DNA from: Epithemia pelagica
Taxonomy: Eukaryota > Protista > Bacillariophyta
Length of the DNA: 64,000 nucleotides
Assembly: GCA_946965045.2 (NCBI GenBank)
Contig: OX337239.1
Span: 2,418,001 to 2,482,000, forward strand
Direction: 5' to 3'
Part shown: piece by piece, positions 55,199 to 64,000 of the stretch
Position numbering within the stretch: position 1 is the first letter of the stretch
How the letters are laid out: each line of letters starts with the position of its first letter
Notes under the pieces: model-generated
The model's input: only the letters and a program-made list of their open reading frames with translations
Databases searched by the model: none
What the model was told of the DNA's origin: nothing
Program-made: the position numbers and the translations under genes

Positions 55199-55852
55199 TT
55201 GTGCCGTTTGTATTCTCTTTTGCTGTCACCAATACTGTGTGCATACAATCATAAGGACCCCTAGACGAGTGCAACATGAGAGGTTTTGGTGTGAAACAGA
55301 GGATTTTGGTGTGAAACATGGAAAGCACACGTGTTTCCCTGGCCGAGCTCCACCACTGCAATCATTTCGGAAAAGATGCCCATGCATATATCGCGCGCAG
55401 ATGGGTTGTCACAATCGTCTTTGGAATGAACTGTACCAAAACAACGTCAAGTCTCCATTTGGCGGAACCACAATGGGCCATTGGTAGTTGCATCACTCTG
55501 TAGACGAAAATGCCATGAAAACATGAGGATCACACAATTCGAGTCTTGATTGGACAAAGAACGTAACCAGAAGAATGCTCTTTTCTGGATGAGCTAGTGT
55601 GGTGCATCCCCCAAAGTGCCATCGGAATACAAGAGCGTCTGCGTGTGCTGTCGTGTCAAACTTTTGTGAGTGGGACATGCGTGTGCGTTCCAGATCTTCC
55701 ACACAAGTCTGATCGTATGGAGAACCCAAAGCTGCCGGTCATGGCACTTAAGAGACGGCAGCGTGTTGTCTCAACGTATGCCTTTCACTGTATTCTTTCC
55801 ATCCAGTGCGTCTGTCTCTGGCCGCAGGTCATCCAAAGGTTTGCGACTAGAC

Positions 55853-56860
55853 TCAAAAGTCTTCCTCATCCGGATCATACTCATCGTCATCGTCTTCGTA
55901 TTCCTCGCCATCATCTTCGGCGTTCTCTTGATACTCTTCGTCTAGATCCTCCTCCTCATCGTCTTCGTCGTAGCCCTCCTCGTAGTCGTCTTCGTCGTCC
56001 TCATCGTCTTCGTCCTCGGCCAGTAATTTCAAACGACGGCGTCCCACAAAGGTTCCAATCCACTTTTTGGTGCCCCGGCCACCAAACATACCCTTGTTGA
56101 CCTGATAAATGTTCCCACGCAATTTGATGACCGAAGAATCGGCCAATTTGCGATGAACCGTACAGGTATACCACAAATCATCCTCCGAGCCATAAAATTC
56201 CAAACGAGCCGCCCGAGGCCACGAGGCGGGACGAAACTCACAAGGCACGCCCCGATTGGCACTGTTACCATCATGGTTATCGTTGTTCTTGTTGTGCGAC
56301 GACAATCGTTTGGAGGGACGTTCTGTTCGGCCCATTCCTCCTCCATTTCCCACCAGGAGTTGTACTACGGTTTTCTGTCGTGTCAATTCCACCAAGACTT
56401 GCTGGGGTTGATTCCGATCATTTCTCCATGTATCCAATCGCCACAATCCCACCAAATCCGTTTGCCAATCCACTTGTTTGGGACTGGCCAAATGATGAGC
56501 GGCCTGCCCCGACACTCGCGCCGTTGCCGCCAGGGCTCGGCCCGAAACACGAGCCGATTGTTTCGCCAAACGACTCCACATGGGAGAGGAGGATGGTTGT
56601 GGTTGTTGTGGAGGACGAGAAGGGCGACCATGTCTATTGTTTGGAGGAGGCATCCTTCTTCGTCGATCATGTTCCTCATCCTCGGGGAATTCGTCGTCGT
56701 AGCGTCTTCCTCCTCCTCCTCGAATGACTACGGCTGCCCAAATCGGCAAAGAAGAAGAAAAACAAGACCTTTCCAGGAAAATAGATGCATGACTTTGTGG
56801 TACCAACTCCAAAATCTGGAACAGGGATAAAAGAAAACCAAGACGACATGCAACCATCAT
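55853..56860 (-). CDS. Secreted/organelle-targeted hypothetical protein with an acidic C-terminal tail
   Basis: Reads on the minus strand (ATG at 56860, TGA at 55853): signal peptide MMVACRLGFLLSLFQ, IRGGG motif, poly-D/E tail. Confidence 0.7.
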   Translation of the reverse strand: MMVACRLGFLLSLFQILELVPQSHASIFLERSCFSSSLPIWAAVVIRGGGGRRYDDEFPEDEEHDRRRRMPPPNNRHGRPSRPPQQPQPSSSPMWSRLAKQSARVSGRALAATARVSGQAAHHLASPKQVDWQTDLVGLWRLDTWRNDRNQPQQVLVELTRQKTVVQLLVGNGGGMGRTERPSKRLSSHNKNNDNHDGNSANRGVPCEFRPASWPRAARLEFYGSEDDLWYTCTVHRKLADSSVIKLRGNIYQVNKGMFGGRGTKKWIGTFVGRRRLKLLAEDEDDEDDEDDYEEGYDEDDEEEDLDEEYQENAEDDGEEYEDDDDEYDPDEEDF

Positions 56861-57145
56861 TTCTTGGTTATTGTTGGAGTAGATGGTATGGTATAAATGA
56901 TGGTTTGTGGTCTCGGCGCGATCTTTTCGGATGATGCCGCGGTGAAAGATTCGAATCTCCACGTGGAAGTAAATCGCGCATGCTAGCATAGGTTCGCTAG
57001 ACCTCATCTATCTCCTATCTCGTCTACCTTGATCATAGATCACAAAAGAAAGGAGTGCATGCAATGACGACGTATGCAACCATGCTTGAAAGCCACGAAA
57101 GTGTGTCATTTCCACCTTTTCAATATTATTTATGCTATATAGGTG

Positions 57146-58500
57146 CTATAGAGAGGCATTGCTATAGAAAATCATGTGTAGTTGGGTGTTCCTACTCATT
57201 TTTTGTAGCTCATGATGGTTAAGGACCGGAAAAAGGTTCGTACGGATAGGCATCTGATCGTCCGTCGAACCAAGAGACTGGATTTCTTGCATGGCTTTAT
57301 CCAATTCGGCAGCCATTTCATAATCTTCTTCTGCAGCGGCCGCTTTCATAGCCACATTTGTTTCATCGAACTTGTCAGCCAATTCGCGATATCGTTGCAG
57401 GAGTTTGGGGTCCGCTTGTGGTTCTTCTTGTTGTTGTTTGGACGCCTTTGCAGCTACGTCATTCTGGATCTACTGTTGCTAAAACACACACAAATGGTGC
57501 ACAACAACAACAAGAAACACAGGAGGAACTTCCATGCCATTGTAGCCAAGGAAATTAGCTTTGATGTATGCATCTCTTGCATAGGGAAGTGAAAACGGCA
57601 AAAGCATCAAAAATGGCCGAAACCTTCCATAGGTATGTATGGAAGGTTTCGGCCATTTTTGAAGTTTCGGCCATATTCGCTTCCCTATGCAAGAGGCATA
57701 AGAGATTCTCGTTCGACCAGCAAATCATGTGCTTCCTTTTGTTGTTTCAAGGCAGCCTGTTTCGTTTGCCATTCCTCCCGAATGACAAAACCCGTGACCT
57801 GGCTGGCTGCCATTTCTTCGTGGTCATCGGCCGTGGGCCGTCCCAAACTGCATACGTAAAGAATCGAGAGTGAGAACAAACAATCCATGAAATCACCACA
57901 AAAGACACATTGCGATGCATATCTTTGAATACGTACCTTCCAAAGTCATTGGGTCCCCACATCCACGGCACTCCGGTACTGGAATGAGCCACCGAGTGAA
58001 TTCCCCCGCATTCCACCTGGATGTAGGTTCGACTCAGCAAACTGGGAATCATGGTGGGGTCCGGATTCGTTTCCGGATCGCCATTTTCTCGTTGCTTCCA
58101 AAACTTGCAACCGATCCAGCGGGTGATCCGCCAAATCGGGAATTGATTTCATACTCCGTCATGCGATAGGAAGCCACGGCCCGTGGAACGAGACCAAGAA
58201 CTGGATGGTGGGGGTCACATCCCAAGGATCCGTCCTTGGAATTTTGGATCCTTGGTTGAATCTCTCTCAAATGGTCTTGAAAGTCTTGATTTAATAATAG
58301 AAATTGTTGATCCCGCAGCGCTTTCATGCGCTGTTTAACGGAACAGAGGAGGGAACACCAGTACGAGTACGTTTCGCTTGTTTGGTTTTGTGATACGACG
58401 AGGGGGTTCCCGTAGACAACGACGACGTCGCCGGCAAGCCTGTTGCCGGTGTCGATGATCTCTTCTTAGAGGTCGGAGGAGTATCACTGCGGTCGTCCAT
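57146..58500 (-). pseudogene. Fragmented gene with a CxxC and a UVR-like coiled-coil motif
   Basis: Pieces in several frames: ECRGCG, and KAAAAEEDYEMAAELDKAMQEI resembling a UvrB/UvrC motif; candidate ATG at 58500. Confidence 0.35.
57607..57662. repeat. Perfect 25-bp inverted repeat with a 6-nt loop
   Basis: tcaaaaatggccgaaaccttccata-ggtatg-tatggaaggtttcggccatttttga. Confidence 0.95.
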
Positions 58501-58577
58501 CGTGGATTCTTGTTGTTGTTGACTTGTGCGTGTTTTTTTTTTTTTAGTACGTTACTGTCTATGGTAAAGTGGGACTC

Positions 58578-61500
58578 CTAAGCGGGGAGTTCGCAAAGGA
58601 GTGGGGTTGTGTCCGTGGCAGTGATGAACTGTGCCATTGGAGCCGGGGAGTAGATCGGAGTGACTGGTGCAAAACATGGTGTTGCCAGATTTTGCAATTG
58701 TGTGATTCGAGTTTTTCGATGGGATTGGTGATGTTTTATCGCTGTGATGTTATTATTGGCGTGGTTGGCCAGTGCCGAGATGATTGCATGGCCCAGTGAG
58801 GCTTTGGCATAGTGTCCGATTGTGTATATGTTAGCCTCTGGATAGCTAAACTTTTTTGTGTTTTTGTTTGCCTTTGTAAGCATGTTGTTTGGGGCTTCTT
58901 TTAGTTGTTGGAAGAGTGCGTAGGCCGCTGGATGTGATTTACTTCTCTTTTCGTCTTTTCCGAAAAAGGGGTTATCCCATGGCGGAGGTTTGGTTGTTGA
59001 TAAGGTTGGGTGGTGATATTCTGATGGGAAAAGAAGGGTATTGGCGAAAGATCCCAAGGAACCCAGGTGGTCGACGGTGAATGGTAAGAGATAAACGCCG
59101 TTGTGGAGCAGGTGTGTTGCTGTTTGTGGATCCCGACAAAACTTAGCCCTTGCTGCCTCGTGATGCGCCCTTGATGCCATTGTGGCTATTGTTGTGTGGT
59201 CGGACGGGTCGTGGATTGGCAAAGGTTGTTGAGGTGGGGGAATGGTGATGTCTATCGCCACATATTGAAAGTGGTCGTTGCGGTGTGGCTTGCGGAGGAG
59301 CATCCCGACATCGGCGGGCCGTATGTTTCGCTCGTGTTGCGGAGCCAAACCAGGTGGCTCAACGTGGACGTCGTGGGTGGTTTCGACTGTTCCAGCTGCA
59401 GGTGCGAGTTGTCGTAGTACGTCGAATAAGGTATCTCGAATTGCATTCGAAAGGGCTGTTTTCGAAGCGGAGGTGCATGAGAACAAATGGTCTCCCAGAG
59501 GGTCAATTGTCTTGGTTCTGGAGCAGCGACATTTCTGGGGCCAAGACTGGGTTGGATCGTTCACGAACAAGGGGAGCCGCAATTTTCTTTTGATTGCCGT
59601 TTGGAATACTTCGTTTGGATAGCGAAACTGTGTTGCTGTCAAAGGTAGGGACAGGGCCAAACTGGTGAGAGGCGACAATAAACCGGGGAGGAAGGTTCGT
59701 TGTTCTGGTGGGGTTTCGGCTACCAAGCGCGGTAGGGTATGTTCTTGGACTGTGTGATGGAGTAGTCTGTTGTGAGTGGTATGGTCATACCTCTTTGGTG
59801 TGTACAATTGTTCTTCTGCGTATTCTTTGGCGTAGAGTGAAAGTGTTTTTCTGAAAATTGTCATGTACTCATCGGTGCTTTCTTGCCAATTGTTAAGTTC
59901 CCTTCGGTGGACTCTCGGGATTGGTGTTTCGCTCGAGGTTGCTAAGGCGATTGCTCGTGCCGTTTGGGTTAGCAATCGTGGGTACGCCGATGTGGCCGCT
60001 TGTTGGTATCCGAGGCCTCCAAGTCGTTGTGGCATTGCCGTAATGAGGCAAGCCGAAGAGCTGATCTCGGTTTCGGGGAGCGAGGTGAGTTCTGATAGAA
60101 AGCGTGCGACGATTTTTTCTGTCTGTAATGTTGTTGGGCTGGACCAAAGCGTTGTTCTTGGATTTGTTGTTGTGTGCGCCAGGTAGACATCTGATGGTAG
60201 CAGGTGCAACAGGGACGATACCATTGTAAATTTGAAAAGGTTGTGTTTGGTCTGGAGGTCTGGCAGTTGCAAGAAACAGTCCAGTTTGTGATGCATCTTT
60301 TTCACTTTGTTTTGGATGTATTGCTGGGCGAAGTTGCTCGAACCTATAGGCTGTCCGAGAAATCGTACCCCGTTTGTGATCTCGGCTTTTGCCGGGTCGG
60401 CGGGAGAAAGGAACGACAGCGCTTGTTCGAGGAACTGTTTGTCGGTTGGGTCTAGCGTGTCGGGGGGTGTACCGTCGGTGGAGGTAAGAATTGTTGTTTT
60501 GCTTTTGTTCAAAATGATTCCCAAAGGCTGACCGAGTGCTTCGAAACGTTTTAGGAACCATGGGACGTCGCAGTGGGGCAAACACACTGATGTGTCATCC
60601 ATGATGGATGCGGTGTGTCCTACTCCGCCCATTTCGTCGTCGTGTGGGTTGTTGTTGCGCTGTCGTTGTTGTGCTCTTTTGGCTTGTTCTTTGTTCAGCT
60701 TGTTTGTTAAGGCCAGTAAGACGAGACAGGAGAATAGCGGGCTCAAAGGGCAGCCTTGGGGGAACACTTCTTCTTGCCGTAAAAACTTTGCTTGTTTGTT
60801 TTCGTCGAAGTACCATTGCTTGCAGGTGTGTTGTGTTAACAGGTCAAACAAGGGGACCAGTGGTGTTGTTTCGTCGTGCTCTAACAAGATTTTTCTTGCT
60901 TCAGTTCTGCTCACATTATTGAACATATTTGTTAGATCTAGCATGACCAGTGCTCGGCTCGGCGGTCTCGTCCGACTGTCGGTTGTTGTTGATGGTGTTG
61001 ATGGGTTTGTCGTTGTCGTCCGGTTTTCGGTTGTTGTTGATGTTGTTGATGAGTCTGTCGTTGTTGGATTTTGGTCGATGTATTGTCGCACTGCCATGGC
61101 CGTGGTTTGGGCGACAAAATCGACTCCCCCGGGTACTTGTATGCCGTACTGACCTCCTTTGAGCAGGAGGGGTTGAATGGCATCGGTAAGGTGTACCAGG
61201 GCTGTCTTGGCTGCTACTCTTCGGATGGCTGTTCCAATCCCAATTGGTCGTAGCCGTTCCAGATTGTTCATGTCTTTATGCAAAGCAAGAAAGTAATTGC
61301 TGGCGAGAATTGGTTGGATTGTTGTCGGTACTTGGGCAGTCACTACGAGTTGTATGAGAGATTTGATGTTGCGGAAGTACGGTCTTGTTGCATTCGGCGC
61401 TTTTGTTGTCTTGTGGAGAGCCATCGACACGATGGTGTCGATGCATGTGGAGAACGGTCCAGAGGCCGTCCCCGGTGTCATCTGCCGCAGTGCCCTTTCG

Positions 61501-62555
61501 AAGGACTCGTCTGTCAGTTTTAAATACTGTGCGGCTGGGGGTCCCATTGTTGGTTGACCATGTGATCTTGTTGACGGGGGTGGTCGTTGTCTTTGTGGAA
61601 AGAGTTCGTTCTGGCAACGTTCGACTCTTGGTGCGGTCAATGTTGCTGGTGGTGTGTTTGTTGTGAGTCGTTTGACTGCTGCTCGGTAATTGCCAAGGTC
61701 GGCTAATTGTTGAGCTGAGTGGAGACGCCATTGTGGCAGTTGGTCGGACGGAGAGGGGTGATGTTGTTGCCGATGTCGTTGTTTCTGTTTTTTCTTGTTG
61801 CTTGCTCCCTGTTTTGGGAGTGGTGTTGGATTCCAGATGATGTGGTGGAGTTCTTCGAGTCTGCCGGTCTTAAACCAGGAGAGCCGGGCTCGAAAGGCGT
61901 TTGCATAGGTGAGGTGCACTGTTCCTTTGATTGGTGCCAGCAGGAGGGACTCTAATAGAATTAACAGTTTCCAAAAGGGACTGGCGTCGATGTCGTGTTG
62001 TGGTGGCCTGTCATCCTTCAGGACCGAGGGGGACAGGGGTGGTGTTGCTTCAAGGATCCAAGACACAACCGTGTTGTATGTTGTGTAAAATTCTGCTTTG
62101 ATGGGAGGCTTTAGTTTGTGCCAGATACTTCGGCGGAATGGTGGTGGTGAAAGCTGTAGTTTGTGCAGATAAGCTAAGCTATCTTTCCATTGTCTCTCAG
62201 TTTCTGGTTGGGAATGTCGGTAGGTTTGTAGGACTAACTGGAGGTTTGTTTTCGTCCTACTATGTTTTTTTGTTACGTGTTGTCTTAGATGCCCTTCCGT
62301 AGTGAAGATGGCGGTGGGCGTGTCGCATTTGAGGCATGGATGAAAGCCGTGTTGGTTGCAATATTGGGGTGTGAGGTAGTCTGATGGGTGAGTTTCGCTG
62401 TGCTCGGTGATTAGGTGTTCCTTCAGGGAGGCATGGGGGTTGGTTGATGATGAGGGCACTGTCCATGGGCAGTCGGGTACTGGACAGTGTCGGGGGGTTT
62501 TTGTCTTTCGTTCACTCATTTGGCCCTTTGGCCCATTTGTCATGCGGGACCACAT
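58578..62555 (-). CDS. ORF2: two C2H2 fingers, reverse transcriptase, CCHC and restriction-like endonuclease
   Basis: CPVPDC..H..EH and CLKC..H...KH; RPIGIG.AIRR, QYGI..PGG, DLTNMFN, PQGCPLSP, IMDD, FLGQPIG, RLGGLG; CRC..D.LGDHLFSC, RPAD, IDIT. Confidence 0.9.
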   Translation of the reverse strand: MWSRMTNGPKGQMSERKTKTPRHCPVPDCPWTVPSSSTNPHASLKEHLITEHSETHPSDYLTPQYCNQHGFHPCLKCDTPTAIFTTEGHLRQHVTKKHSRTKTNLQLVLQTYRHSQPETERQWKDSLAYLHKLQLSPPPFRRSIWHKLKPPIKAEFYTTYNTVVSWILEATPPLSPSVLKDDRPPQHDIDASPFWKLLILLESLLLAPIKGTVHLTYANAFRARLSWFKTGRLEELHHIIWNPTPLPKQGASNKKKQKQRHRQQHHPSPSDQLPQWRLHSAQQLADLGNYRAAVKRLTTNTPPATLTAPRVERCQNELFPQRQRPPPSTRSHGQPTMGPPAAQYLKLTDESFERALRQMTPGTASGPFSTCIDTIVSMALHKTTKAPNATRPYFRNIKSLIQLVVTAQVPTTIQPILASNYFLALHKDMNNLERLRPIGIGTAIRRVAAKTALVHLTDAIQPLLLKGGQYGIQVPGGVDFVAQTTAMAVRQYIDQNPTTTDSSTTSTTTENRTTTTNPSTPSTTTDSRTRPPSRALVMLDLTNMFNNVSRTEARKILLEHDETTPLVPLFDLLTQHTCKQWYFDENKQAKFLRQEEVFPQGCPLSPLFSCLVLLALTNKLNKEQAKRAQQRQRNNNPHDDEMGGVGHTASIMDDTSVCLPHCDVPWFLKRFEALGQPLGIILNKSKTTILTSTDGTPPDTLDPTDKQFLEQALSFLSPADPAKAEITNGVRFLGQPIGSSNFAQQYIQNKVKKMHHKLDCFLQLPDLQTKHNLFKFTMVSSLLHLLPSDVYLAHTTTNPRTTLWSSPTTLQTEKIVARFLSELTSLPETEISSSACLITAMPQRLGGLGYQQAATSAYPRLLTQTARAIALATSSETPIPRVHRRELNNWQESTDEYMTIFRKTLSLYAKEYAEEQLYTPKRYDHTTHNRLLHHTVQEHTLPRLVAETPPEQRTFLPGLLSPLTSLALSLPLTATQFRYPNEVFQTAIKRKLRLPLFVNDPTQSWPQKCRCSRTKTIDPLGDHLFSCTSASKTALSNAIRDTLFDVLRQLAPAAGTVETTHDVHVEPPGLAPQHERNIRPADVGMLLRKPHRNDHFQYVAIDITIPPPQQPLPIHDPSDHTTIATMASRAHHEAARAKFCRDPQTATHLLHNGVYLLPFTVDHLGSLGSFANTLLFPSEYHHPTLSTTKPPPWDNPFFGKDEKRSKSHPAAYALFQQLKEAPNNMLTKANKNTKKFSYPEANIYTIGHYAKASLGHAIISALANHANNNITAIKHHQSHRKTRITQLQNLATPCFAPVTPIYSPAPMAQFITATDTTPLLCELPA

Positions 62556-64000
62556 GGCCGGTGCGCGAGTCGGCGATGTTGGTGTTGCCGGTCTGGACTA
62601 AAGACTGGGCAAAGCGCCAAGCATCCTGCGCGTCGGTGTCGTTCGTAAACGATTTGGTATGCTCGAGAAACTCACGCATTTCGTCGATGCGTGAGGGGTT
62701 GTTGGCCGCCACATATTTGAATATGAGCTCGATTTCTTGCATGGTGGTGGCTGAAAACTCATGGTCGTCTTGTGCATGGTTGTCTCCGTTGTCGTCGCTT
62801 CCGATGAGGGCACGTGAGTGGTCGTCGGACTCTTCCGTGTCCATCATGTCGTCGTTAGCTGTTTGGTCGTCTTGTTGTTCGGCCAACGGGGCGAATTGGT
62901 TCCGTTTGGCTGCTGGTTTTCGGTCGTCGACCTCGTTGTTTTGGTTCTGAATGTGGTGGGCTTTCGCTGCCACTGTTGTCCAATCTGTGCCGTCGTTGTA
63001 TGGGTCTTTGTCGTCGTCCTCTGTTGGTTGCATGGCGGCTGCACTCCGTTTGTTTGGCTGGTTGCTTGAATGGTTGTGCCTGTTCGGCGTCTCGGGTCCG
63101 TTGTCCTCTGTCTTGGCAGGTGTTTCGTCGGCTGGTGTGTCGTCTAGGTTGTTGTGTTTGCGCCTGAGAAGACGGTTGGTAAAGGCGACGAGTCGGTTGG
63201 TGTGGCTGGAAGAAGTCGGAGTTGTCGGGTCTTGGTTGTTTGTAGGTTGTCTCGGAGGTGACGCGGTCACGGCCGCCAGGGTGGGGAGAAGGATGTTGGT
63301 CGGGAAGTCTGTGAACTGGCGGATGGTGTTGGTGGTGAGCATGTGTGTGTCAGGGGTCTTGCGCAGGTATAGGGTGTAGTATTGCGCATCTGGGTCCTCG
63401 TTGACGAATTCGCGTAGTTGTCGAAGTTGTTTCCAATCTCCATCGGTCGCTTCCGGGTTGATTGGTTTGAGCTTGATGCGTACGCACGCACTAAAAAATT
63501 GGTCGATGTCCTTGATGGCTTCCAGTGTTGCTGTCCGATTGGGTTGACTGGTTGGCATGGGAATCAGCTGAATGTTGTTTTTGTTCCATTTCATTTCGGA
63601 GTTGCGATTTGCGGCCATGTAGGCGTTGTAGCTTCGAAGCAATGCTTCGAAGTTGTTTCTTGTTGATGCCGTGACGTAGATGGCAGGAACCTGTCCTTTT
63701 TGTTTGTTCTTGAGCTCGCCGCTAAATGTCCCCGTACGGCAGCCGATGTGGTTGAAGAAGTCCATGTAGTGTACTTTCCTAGGGAGATGAGGGGTGAGGG
63801 TGTTCTGGATGTCGGACGTGAGATCCAGTGCCGCCCGGCGATGTTTGATTGTCTGGGCGGGCACGCCGACAATGATTCCGAACGTGTCACTCTTCCTGTT
63901 GTTGCAGGCTGGGTGGTACACGTTGATCTGGTCGAAGCGAGGATTGATTGTCGGGTTCGATTGTTTCGTTCCGGGAGGTAGGACCGTCTGTGAATCGAAT
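62512..64000 (-). CDS. ORF1 of the non-LTR element (partial; open beyond the right edge)
   Basis: The frame is open from the window edge to the stop at 62512 and overlaps the ORF2 start by 44 nt; no family recognised. Confidence 0.7.
   Translation of the reverse strand, partial: FDSQTVLPPGTKQSNPTINPRFDQINVYHPACNNRKSDTFGIIVGVPAQTIKHRRAALDLTSDIQNTLTPHLPRKVHYMDFFNHIGCRTGTFSGELKNKQKGQVPAIYVTASTRNNFEALLRSYNAYMAANRNSEMKWNKNNIQLIPMPTSQPNRTATLEAIKDIDQFFSACVRIKLKPINPEATDGDWKQLRQLREFVNEDPDAQYYTLYLRKTPDTHMLTTNTIRQFTDFPTNILLPTLAAVTASPPRQPTNNQDPTTPTSSSHTNRLVAFTNRLLRRKHNNLDDTPADETPAKTEDNGPETPNRHNHSSNQPNKRSAAAMQPTEDDDKDPYNDGTDWTTVAAKAHHIQNQNNEVDDRKPAAKRNQFAPLAEQQDDQTANDDMMDTEESDDHSRALIGSDDNGDNHAQDDHEFSATTMQEIELIFKYVAANNPSRIDEMREFLEHTKSFTNDTDAQDAWRFAQSLVQTGNTNIADSRTGHVVPHDKWAKGPNE

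Larger units (their letters stand above)
58533..64000 (-). mobile_element. CRE-clade-like non-LTR retrotransposon (RT plus restriction-like endonuclease); 5' end outside the window
   Basis: ORF2 carries RT and RLE motifs, followed by a short 3' UTR and A13 (T run 58533-58545); an upstream ORF1 is present. Confidence 0.88.

Overview
Eukaryotic genomic DNA, most likely a diatom (inference from GT-AG introns, bipartite plastid-targeting leaders, a diatom-type cyclin and a CoDi-type copia element); no rRNA, tRNA or CRISPR was recognised. More than a third of the window is four different mobile elements. (1) A RAG1/Transib-like DDE transposase that is open at the left edge (<11-2131), with a convergent unknown ORF. 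(2) An intact Ty1/copia element (24979-31213) with identical 113-bp LTRs, non-canonical CA...TG termini, a CTAT duplication and gag/pol separated by a single UGA-CUA. (3) A 7.4-kb PIF/Harbinger-type element (34519-41909) with ~420-bp TIRs and a CTG duplication, carrying a transposase plus four other ORFs including a SET-domain protein. (4) A two-ORF CRE-like non-LTR retrotransposon running off the right edge. Host genes: RsfS, EamA transporter, TRM8, BEACH/WD40 (FAN-like), LYR protein, metallophosphoesterase, cyclin, SANT protein, a CDC123-like ATP-grasp/GGCT fusion, an ABCG half-transporter and a secreted acidic protein. Several pseudogenes are also present (MscS, a partial ABCG duplicate, Tudor-like/SIM ORFs, pRiA4b-ORF3/MYND, a UVR-motif gene). 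The strongest candidate novelties are the SET-carrying Harbinger, the RAG1-like transposase with its tail-to-tail partner, the non-canonical copia and the ATP-grasp/GGCT fusion. All family calls are by eye from motifs; no searches were run.
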